In this document: positions 53,870 through 64,000 of the stretch, in pieces
How the letters are laid out: every line of letters starts with the position of its first letter
How positions within the stretch are numbered: the stretch's first letter is position 1
Assembly (NCBI GenBank): GCA_024679065.1
Contig: JAGIQG010000006.1
Coordinates: 43,772,001 to 43,836,000 of the forward strand
Direction of reading: 5' to 3'
Length of the DNA stretch: 64,000 bases
Origin: Sphyrna mokarran
Lineage: Eukaryota
Made by a program: the position numbers and the translations under genes
Notes under the pieces: model-generated
Database searches by the model: none
Seen by the model: only the letters and a program-made list of their open reading frames with translations
Told to the model about the DNA's origin: nothing

Positions 53870-56030
53870 CAAGAAAACTTAAACAGGCTGGAGCAAGGCA
53901 AATGGAATATAATGTGAAGAAGTTGAAGTTATTCCCTTCCAGATTTCACTGGAATGCCCCATAATTGGCCAGGAGACAAGTTTGGCAGCAAATTTGTGGC
54001 CACAAGGGTGGGAATAGATGTGACAGTACTGAAGTGGGAGCTGATTTAAACAGGCCACAGCAGCCATTCAATGATGAAACAACATAAAAGCTTTAAATTA
54101 AACAATCTGTTAGGAAGGCTTGAGGTTTGAAATGTGGGACATGTTAGCCCCTCAAAAAGAGAAAGGCAGAATTTTTCTGAAATAGTGAGAGATTTATAAT
54201 TAGGAAGGCAAATGGTATATTGCTAGGGGTTTGAGTACATGAGTTAAGGTATTTACTGTGGTTAGAACCTTGGTGAGATTGCACCTGGAATATTGTGTAC
54301 ATTTTTGGTCCCCTTACCTAAGGAAGGATTTATTTGCCATAAAGGGAGTGCAACAGAAATTCACCAAATTAATCCCTGAGATTACAAAGTGTTTTACGCG
54401 GAAATATTAAGGAGATTGGGGCAGGATTTTCCAACTGCACTTACCTCAAAACGCAAAAATCCCACCCGAGGTCAATAGACCTTTGCATTCAAGAACAAAG
54501 AACAACACAGCACGGGAAACAGGCCCTTCGGCCCAACGAGCCCACGCCGCCATCCTAATGTCTTAATGACATATAGAGACCAATATAGGGACAATTTGTT
54601 ACCCAATCAGCCTAAGAGCGCATTTTTGGGATGTGGGAGGAAACCGGAGCACCCGGAGAAAACCCACGCAACCACGGGGAGAACGCGCAAACTCCCGCAG
54701 ACACAGGCCCAAATCCATGTGTCTGCACAGCAACAGCGATAGTCTCTGAGCTGTCATGTTGCCCATCTGATGGTCCAGTTTAAGCATATACTAACGACGT
54801 GAAGCACTAGGCCACTCCTGAAGTAACCTCCAGGAGGAGCCCTCGCACGACCTGCCAAATGCATGCACCTTGTTGGTTAACAAGGTGGACCGAATAGCCT
54901 GTGGAAACAATTAAAGTATTTAAACAGTCCTCCTATATCCCTCTATCTGCAGACTGCTCATGTGGCTGTCCAAGAGACCCTTAAAAAACCCTAACGTGCC
55001 TGCTCCCACCACCTTACTCGGTAGTGCATTCCACACCCCCACTACCCTTTGTGTGAAAAAATGCCCTCTAATATTAGTCTTATACATAGCCCCCTTCACC
55101 CTAAGGCCTCAGATATCAGGCCCCTCTCCCGCGTGAATACCGACGCAAAGTATTCATTCAGGATCTCCCCCATCCCCTCAGGCTCTAAGCATAGATCCCC
55201 TCCTCTGTCCCTGAGAGGTCCAATCTTGCCTCTAACCATCCTTTTGCTCCTTACAGAGGAGTAAAATGCCTTAGGATTTTCCTTAATCCTACCTGCCAAA
55301 GCCATTTCGTGGCCCCTTTTTGCCTTTCTGACACCCCTTTTAAGATCCCGTCTACACTCTCTATATTTTTCCACACACTATATTCATTCCACACACGACG
55401 ATTCCCATGGCAGGAAAACTCCCCCCCTTGATTCATATTCCCTAGGGGAATAGGGATAGGGGAGTTTCAAAGAATGAGGGTTGACCTTATTGAAAATTCT
55501 AACAGACTGTAACAGGGTAGATGTAGACAAGATGTTGAGTCTTAGACCAAGGGACTTAATTCTGAAGTTGCCCTTCTGTAGGGCAACTAGGGATGGGCAA
55601 TAAATGCTGGCCATGTCCATGATGTCTGCATTATGTCAAATGAATTTTTAAAAATTTCAGAGAAAGGGGTAGACCATTTAAGTATAAAGTAATGAGGAAC
55701 TATTTCATTCAAAGGGTGGTGGATCTTTGGAATTCTCTACGCCACAGGCTGTGGAAGCCTTGATGGGCCAAGTGGCCTGCTTCTGTTCCTGTACTTCTAT
55801 GTTTGCATGAGATGGTGAAATAAAGCAAAAGGATATCAATAGTGATGGTGCAATCTCTGGACAGATGTACTTCTCTTATTGGCAATAAGAAGGTTCTTGA
55901 TTAATAAGGGGATCAGAGGTAATGGGGAGAAGACAGGAGAATGGGGATGAGAAAAATATCAACTATGATTGAATGGTGGAGCAAATTTGCTGGGCTGAGT
56001 GGCTTAATTCTGCTCTTATGTCTTATGGTC
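53870..56030. mobile_element. nested cluster: old plus-strand CR1 split by later insertions
   Basis: CR1 RQMEYNVKK at ~53897 resumes at ~54150 and again at ~55460-56030. Confidence 0.7.
54490..55395 (-). mobile_element. young CR1/V-SINE composite
   Basis: Minus order: CR1 ORF2 linker (ORF 55096-55374, RIKENPKAFYS...LNEYFASVFT), CR1 C-terminus (FTQRVVGVWNALP), V-domain, then (TTCT)-type tail. CpGs are retained. Confidence 0.75.
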
Positions 56031-59000
56031 TTATGGACTTAGAGAATTCACATGTTCCAGGCTGTATCTTCAATGGAAGTGTTGATACAGACAGCTCAGA
56101 GTGACTTCCACTTCTTCTGGTCCAGAAGGGTTCACTCACAATGATCCTTAAACAGATTTTTGTTGACACTGATGGATTCGTGACAAGACCCTTAAGTCCA
56201 CTTTGGATCCAGCCACCTCGCTTCACAGCTGGGGCAGCTCAATGTCTATACATTTCCCCTGGACCTGCTCTTCCTCATATGAGCTGTTGTTCCAGAGCCT
56301 CACTTTTATCAAGGCTTACACTTCTCTAGAAGGCTACGTTTTGAAAGTGCAGCACAACACCTCAATGAGTGCAAGAGTGTACTGCAGGATGTCACTCAAC
56401 CAACCCTGACTCCAAAAACCTAATAGTCTGATCAGTGGTGTTGCAATGAATGTTTGACTTTTGTTGTAGTGCCCCTGTGCGTCTGTCTCTGAATCTCAAA
56501 GATGGATGGGCAGCTATCTCTTCAATGGACATCCCTTCTCCCTGAGAATCCATCCAAGGAGTGAAGTTTTGATAGCTCCGATTGGTGAAGGATAAAGGAG
56601 CCAGGTTAGCGGCCTGGAAACTAAATGCATACACGATGGCTCTTGCTGTGGTCACTGCCAATTGGTTGCTGAGGGAGAGGAACCCCTCCCTGTTGATGAA
56701 TCTCACCAGGCAGTCAGTTGGTGCTGAAATGGTTGCTTGGATGCAAATAATAATATCCTGTCTCTAAGCAATTTCAGAGATGGGTATGGAACCTACTCCG
56801 TGTCTGTGAGATTGCAACTATCTGGAATTGAATTACCATTCAGTTGCAGCAATATGGTATCAATGGCCAGCAAGATGCAACCAAGGTCTGCAGTTGATGC
56901 TTGGAAGAAACCAGAAGCAAAGAAGTGACAACTGGAAGGACATGGTGAGCACTGCTCCAAAATATGAGGTCTTTGATGATGAGGGCATTGATTTTTCTGG
57001 ACATCTGCCTAGAAAGTTGCAGAGTCTTGTGGCAGCTCCTCAGTCATCTTAAGGTATCTTCTTCTTCACTGTGAGATCCTAAGCTGAGGGTGTGATCTCT
57101 GTGTCCTTCTTACCCCTCATCCCTCTCCTCACCCCTCTTGATGTCTGAAACTTTACCTTTTCTATAGGGATGATGCCCCTTATTTTCACTGGACCCACAA
57201 TCTCAGGGTCCTGGCCCCAAGGACAGCTGCAGCCTTCCCTGTGCTCCATGATCATTTGAAGAGATATCAGATAATCAAGCTTTTCTCCTCTCTATCTTTT
57301 GCACCAACAATCTCTCCTTTCATCTCAAATTACCTATGTTTCTTGACTCTTTGCCAATGCTATCCAATTCCCTGACACCTCGGGAAGAATGTTCAAAATA
57401 TTCTTCACTGTTTAAGGGTTATGGCAATGTATCAGTTGTGCTGCTGAACTAATATCCATTGAAAATGAGTCCAAATATCACCAATTTGACCATCTGAATT
57501 CAATTCAAACATAACAGCCAGTATCTGTAAAATTTACACTGAAGTTGTCAAATTGTTGTAAACACTGACTTAGTAAACTAGTGTCTTCTAAAGAGCTTGG
57601 AACCAATCTCCTTGTGTAAATTTCAACAGCGAGCATCTGGAAGGCACATAAATTGGAGAGGGAATGTGGAACAGCACATCACAACTTCTATCAAGGAACA
57701 TTGGGGTGATATAATTCTCAATTGTACCTTTAATCTGCTGCTTAAACACTGTAATGCATCAAATCTTACATATATCAAATAAAAAAAAATCACTGTTATC
57801 AATTGTATATCAGCTTCAAACAATTGGACAGGGTTATGTAACTGACTTTTACCTTTTTCTTCTTGCCAAAATCATTTCTGACTATGGAAACAAACATAAA
57901 GAATGAAGCCAGTGATCTTATGCTCCCAACAGGGAATCAAGTACAAAGGGAAAGTTTAGTATCCGTTTTCCAATAATATTCCATTTGACTACAACTGCAC
58001 AATGGATTGAGTGAATTTATTTCTTGACCTGCTCCCATGTCTTTGCCTATGGTTATTTTTCAAAATATTCCCTTATAATACATTAATTCACAGTAGGCCT
58101 TACGTTAGTAAAATATTTACTTTCTAATTTGCCTGGCTACTGAATGTTGCTCCTTAGCATCTATCCTAACAAATAAAAGTAGTTATTTTTATGAGGCTTT
58201 CTTTAATGCTTGTAAACTCATTTATATAAGTATATGAATGGTCAACATCGTGCTAAATACAAATGTAGAAATCATTAACATTTTCTATCTACATTTTACA
58301 TACCTCTAATGCTTCAATCAGAATACTTTTCCCTACCACACTAGAATCTTGCAAACCGTTGTGATTTAACTTGCAGAAATCAAATTGTTTACGATGAGAG
58401 ACTCCATTGGCATTTCTGGAATTTACTGTTGGAATTGGAAGACAAAGAAATGCTGTTAAAGTCAGGCAGATCATTGTATCCAATAACGTTTATTGGTCAA
58501 GGAGCAAACATAATGTTCTTCCTACCTGTGACTATCTTTAAAAGGCCACTTCTCAAAAGGTTCTCTGGATAATGCTGAAATAAATGAAATCATATTAAAT
58601 GTGACACTAATACTGTTTTAATCCTGCTGTTTCCTCTTGATAATGGTGTCTTGTTTGAAACAACCTGGAACTTCTTCTAGTTTGCTAGTCCAGTGGTGAT
58701 GGCTTAATAGCTATGGGTGCTCATGGGATGAATGTGTCCAATACGTTTTAGTTTTGGGCATTGCAGCAGGCTGGGTATTAGATACTGAAGTGACTGTCTA
58801 TGCCTGGTCAGACCTTCACTTAAGACACCAAACATATTTGCAAAACTTGCCATAGTCAATCTGCTAATGACAAAAGACAACTGCTTTCTCTTGTTCTAGA
58901 CCAGTAACTTCATTCTCTGCTTGAAACATACTGGCACAATAGCATTGTGTTTACTTTGCTGATGAGTACCTCAGAGGACTGGATGAGTGATCTGGAGACT

Positions 59001-60778
59001 ATGGGGCTGGATTTTGTGTGAACTGTTTAGTTGGTGAACTGGCAGGAAACTCATGTCAATTCCATAGAGGAGGTCCGACAGAAGCAAATGCATCTCAAAT
59101 ACTTCAGTGACCGTCATTGACCCTCCTCCAGGATGAAGGTCCCAGGCAGCGGAAGACTTCCAGCTTAGAACTGCCAGTTAATCAGAGGCTGGCTGCAACT
59201 CATAGCTTCCAGCACCAGTGGAGGCAGCTGGCAACACTTTACCAACCAGAAGTCCAGGAACAACATAGGATTCCAGGACAAAGGTGTGAGGTAGGATAGA
59301 GATCACAAGTGAATTGGAGTTGTGGGGAGAGAAAGAGGAGTTAGATAAAAGAGCAGAGGGGTAGTTTACTGTGCCAAATTCCCTGGTGAGATGAAGACTG
59401 TCTGGTGAATATCACAGAATGTGTTGGATGACTTTCTGAGGGAACAAGAATGCCATGTAGCTTCTGTTAAATTTCTGAGGAACTACTGAATTCCAATGGC
59501 TTCAAGGAAAATGGGTTTCCAATGGTTCATTAAGGAGCATATTTGACATCTCACCATCGATGATTGGGAATCCCAGGTCAGCCCTTTCTACTCCATCGAG
59601 AGACTGACACAAGCCCTTTCCCACAGTTGCGTGGGCCATACCACCATGGTTCCTGACAAGATGGGCTGCTGTAAATGAAACCCATGAGTTCAAATGACAT
59701 GAAGGTAGTCAGGGAAACTAACATTAGTTAATATAATAAATATGGAATAAAAGGCTGATATAGTGATCATAGGATGACAAAGTTGTTGTAAAACTTCATC
59801 CAGTTCATCAATATTCCTTATGGAATGAAATTTTCTGACCTTATCCAGTCTGGACTATATATGATTCCAGACCAACAACATCATGGTTGTCTGTTAACTG
59901 CTCTCTGAAATAGGCTGGAAAGACATTTAGTTGTATCAAACTGCTAAGCCAAAGTCCATGAAAGGTAAATGAATAGGCCACTCAGCATTCAGCCAGGGCC
60001 AGTTACTGCACAAGTATTACAAGCTCAGACATCGTTGTAAAGACAGCCATCCCAAAGACAGTACCACAAACAGCCTTACATAGTCATACCTTTCAACAAA
60101 CATCTTCAACATTTCAAAGATATGGTTGCAATGTGACAAAGGCTGGAACTAAATATCCAAAGATAGTTGATATTTCATAAGGACAGGAATATAGAATTCA
60201 GAGGCAGTGATGTAACTTTGTTAATTAAGGTTGATACTAGTACAATTGTGAGAGATGACCTTAGTTCAGAAGATCACAGTGATCACAAAGTTCCTACTAG
60301 AGGCAAAAATCAAATTATAGCCCATAACCTCCTAGAAATCAAAACTGTAAGAGTGTCTGGATTTGAGAAGTTTAATTCACAGGTTAGAGAGGCGGACAGG
60401 ATGGGTTTAAACTGATCAAAGTAGACCAGCCTAACAATCAGAATAATCTGCATAATAAACATAGAACATAGAACATTACAGCTCAGAACAGGCCCTTCAG
60501 CCTTCATTGCGCTGACCAATTAAGAAAAAGCAATGACCCTCTAACCTTAACCATTCCCTTTTCATCCATAAGCTTATCTACTAACCTCTTAAACGCCCCC
60601 AAACTTGGCTCATCTACAACTGCAACATGGTTTGACTGTTCCCAGTAACAGTCATGTAAAAGGACCAATCCCTTCTGATAGTGCCTAATCTGAAGTTACA
60701 GAAGAGACAAGTCAGAGAAAATATCTGTTATGATTAACTCCAAAAGAATAAAGCAAATTCAGAATGTTGAAAAAAAAT

Positions 60779-61122
60779 GGGCAGCACAGTAGCACAGTGG
60801 TTAGCAGTTTCACAGCTCCAGGGTCCTGAGTTTGATTCTTGGCTCAGGTCACTGTCTGTGTGGAGTTTGCACATTCTCCTCGTGTCTGTGTAGGTTTTCT
60901 CCGGGTACTCCGGTTTCCTTCCACAGTCCAATGATGTACAGGTTAGATTGATTGGCCATGCTAAGAAATTGCCCCTTAGTTTCCAGGGTAGCGGAGGTTA
61001 GACAGATCATTTGGTATAATATGTAGGAATATGGGTGTGGGGCCTGGGTGGGATTGTGCTCTGTGCAGATTTGATGGGCTGAAGAGCCTCTTTCTGCACT
61101 ATAAGGTTCTATGATTCTATGA
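60779..61122 (+). mobile_element. near full-length HE1-like V-SINE
   Basis: GGGCAGCACAGTAGCACAGTGGTTAGC head, V-domain and (TTCTATGA)n tail. Confidence 0.9.
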
Positions 61123-61229
61123 ATGGGTTTATGTAGAGAAAAGAAATTGCAAAGTAAGAAACCATTTATGGGAATAATTTGTTGACTCCTTACATTGTAG
61201 GATAGAGGACAAGAAGATAAAATAATAAC

Positions 61230-63337
61230 AAATATACTGTAATCATCAGGGGTGATTTTTAAGCTTCAAATTAGATTAATCAGCTTGGCTATGGTAACCT
61301 GAAAGATGAGTTCATGGGCTGCTTTTGGGACAATTTCTTAGAAAATGAAATTGGGAAGGCAATGGCAGGCATTTAAAGAGTAAATAGGTGAACTCTAGAA
61401 ATTGTTTATTCCTGTCTGGCACAAGAGTAGTAAGGGAATTGTGGCCAAACCATGCTTACCAGAGGAAATTGAAATATTATCAGTTTCAAGGAAGAAACAT
61501 ACAAATTGGCAAAAAAAAAGCAATATGTCTGAAGATTGGGAGCAGTTTAAAACTCAGCAAAGGAGGATCAAGAAATTGATTAAGAACAGAAAAATAGGGC
61601 ATGAAAGCAAGCTACTGGGGAACATAAAAACTGACTGTTAAAGTTTCTATAGGTATGAAAAGAGAAAAAGATTGACAAAAATGAATGTAGGCCCCTTACA
61701 GTCAGAAACTGTAGAATTCATAATGGGAATAAAGAAGTGGTTGAGGAATTAAATTTGTACTTGATTTCAGTCTTCACAAAGGAAATTATGAATAATATAT
61801 CAGAAGTTCTGAGAGAAACAATTTTTAGTGAGGAGCTGAAGGAAATCAGCATTAGTTGAGAAATGGTTTTGGGGAAATTGATGGAATTGAAGGTGGATAA
61901 AACTTCAGGTCTTGATAATCTTCATCTTAAAGTACTTAAGGAAATGGCCCTGGAGATAGTAGATAGTGGTTATTTCCCAAAATCCTTTAGACTCTGGACT
62001 GATTCCTACAGATTGGAGGGTAGCTAATGTAAGTCCTCTATTCCAAAAGGGAGGTAGAGAGAAAACAGGGAACCATACATCAGTGAGCCTAACATCAGAC
62101 TTGCTGGAGTCCATTATCAAGAATTTTATAATTCAGCATTCGGAAGGCAGTGCTATGATCAGAAAAAGTCAGCGCGGATTTGCAAAAGGGAAATCATGTT
62201 TCATGAATCTATTGGAATCCTTTGAGGATAAAACTAGTAGAGTTGAGCAAGGAGAACTAGTGGATGTGCTTATTTAGACTTTCAGAAGGCTTTTGATAAG
62301 GTCTCTCATAAAGTTATAGCACATGAGATTGCAAGTAAGGTCTTGAAATAGATAGAAAGCTGATTAGCAGATAGGTAGCAAAGAGTTGGCATAAATGAGT
62401 TGTTTTCTAATTGGCAGTCAATGACTCGTGGGGTTCTGCAGGGATCTGTGCTTGGACCCAAATTATTCACATTATATATTAATGATTTGGAAGAGGGAAC
62501 TGAATGTATTATCTCCAAACCTGAAGATGATACAAGTTGGGTGGCAGGATGAGTGTGAGGAGAATGCAGAGATACTTCAGCATGATTTGGGCAGGCTGAG
62601 TATGTGGGCATTTGCATGGCAGATGCAGTGTAAAGTGGATAAATGTGGAAGACGGATTATTACTTGAATGGGTGTAAATTGAGAGAGGTAGATATCAGCG
62701 AGACCTTCATATCCTTGTGCAACAGTTGCTGAAAGTAAGCATGCAAGTACAGCAGGTTGTAAAGAAGGCAAATGGTATATTGGCCTTCATATGGTGAGAG
62801 GATTTGAGTATAGGGATAGGGATCTTTTGCTGCATAGGGCATTGGTGAGGCCACAGCTGGATATTGTGTACACTTTTTGTGTCCTTAATGAGGAAGGATA
62901 TCCTTGCGATAGAGGGAGTACAGCAAAGTTTTATCAGGCTGATCATTGAGATGGCAGGTCTGTCATATGAGGAGAGATTAAATCAGTTAGGATTATATTC
63001 ACTGGAGTTTAGAAGAGTGAGATGAGATGTCATAAAAACTTTTTAATAGGCTAGATAGGTAGATTCAGAAAGAATATTCCCAATGGTGGGAGAGTTATAG
63101 AATTAGGAGCCATAGTTTGAGGATAAGGGATAAATCTTTTAGAACTGAGGTGAAGAGAAATTTCTACACCCAGAAGATGGTGAATGTGTGGAATTCACTA
63201 CCAGATTGTAGTTAAGGCCAAAAGTTTGTTTGGTTTCCGGAAGAAATTGATATACTCTTGGGACTAAACGGATCAAGGTATATGGGTGGGGGGGGGCAAG
63301 TAGATCAAGATATTGAATTCAATGATCAGCCATGATC
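61230..63337 (+). mobile_element. CR1/HER1-like LINE ORF2 pseudogene (RT)
   Basis: IPTDWRVANVSPLFQKGGREKTGN..VSLTS, GFAKGKSC..NLLE, DFQKAFDKV and WQMQ motifs in order, with many stops and frameshifts. Confidence 0.93.
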
Positions 63338-64000
63338 CTGACTCCTGACTCAGAGCTGAGTCTCACTAACTGAGCTGTGACAAACTTACCTGCTGACAGA
63401 ATGCTTTGGCCAGTAAAAGGACCAGGGGAAGTATATTATCCTGGGTAGTTATTTAAATAGCTGCTGCTGGCATCACTGTCCTGTTAAGGATGCCACCATG
63501 GGATATGTCGCTAAAGCATTAGCCTGGGCCTCTGGATTACTAATCCACTGACACTAGCTCCACTGTACCACTTCCTTTGTAATTGCTCCTCTTTTTGTCT
63601 CTGTGTGACATCTTCCTTATCTGCATATGGTCCCTTGATGACATCAACTGTGACAACATCCACATATGCACTGAAGATATCCAAACCCCTCTCACTCAAT
63701 CCCACCATTCCTTCCATTGTATCATGTTACTTTTCCAAATCTGGTTTTGAATCAGCTGCAAAATATTTCAGTTGTATGTTGGGAAAACAAATGCCACCAG
63801 CTTTGATTTTCAACACAAACCTCATAGTCATGCCATTGATTTATTTCTCAGCCACTGCCTCGAGCTGAACAAGGCTGTTTGAATTTCTTTAGCATCAAGA
63901 CACCTTTTTACCTCAGTAACATTGTCTGCCTCTGTACCTGCATTTGTCCATTGGCTTCTGAAACTCTCATCCATACATTTGTCATTTTGTTAGACTCAGC

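Noticed and set aside
56710-56729. REST/RE1-like TTCAGCACC on the minus strand
   Set aside because: No GGACAG right half at the correct spacing; I saw no convincing RE1 in the window.
56050-57260. Cluster of short overlapping ORFs
   Set aside because: Looks like decayed transposon sequence, but I could not assign a family or a consistent frame.
60779-60845. tRNA-like sequence
   Set aside because: It is the SINE head, continuous with the V-domain, not a tRNA gene.
32000-64000. mef2c terminal exon expected from synteny
   Set aside because: No MEF2-like coding sequence recognised; it probably lies beyond the window.
1-64000. CRISPR arrays, operons or other prokaryotic systems
   Set aside because: Vertebrate DNA with no repeat-spacer array or gene-dense coding.

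Overview
Eukaryotic, non-coding DNA, almost certainly from a shark or other elasmobranch: the repeats resemble HE1 V-SINEs, DeuSINEs and CR1/HER1 LINEs. The anchor is a minus-strand miR-9 hairpin (12025-12112) with exact mature 5p and 3p arms; its loop and flanks resemble the mir-9-2 paralogue. In mammals mir-9-2 lies in the lncRNA LINC00461/MIR9-2HG between TMEM161B and MEF2C. Around it, about 5.7-31.9 kb has no recognisable transposons and keeps many CpGs. This domain holds GC-rich islands at ~7.6-8.0, 10.6-11.1, 12.3-13.5, 19.4-20.8 and 26.3-26.8 kb, plus candidate minus-strand host-gene exons, one with a short ORF. Outside it (1-5.6 kb and 32-64 kb) the sequence is a CpG-depleted patchwork of decayed and nested elements: SINEs, CR1 and Rex1-like LINEs, Penelope-like ends, Harbinger-like MITEs, a possible solo LTR and a KIAA1586-like hAT transposase fossil. 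No intact cellular protein-coding gene is evident. Family names come from recalled consensus motifs, not database searches, and most repeat boundaries are approximate.
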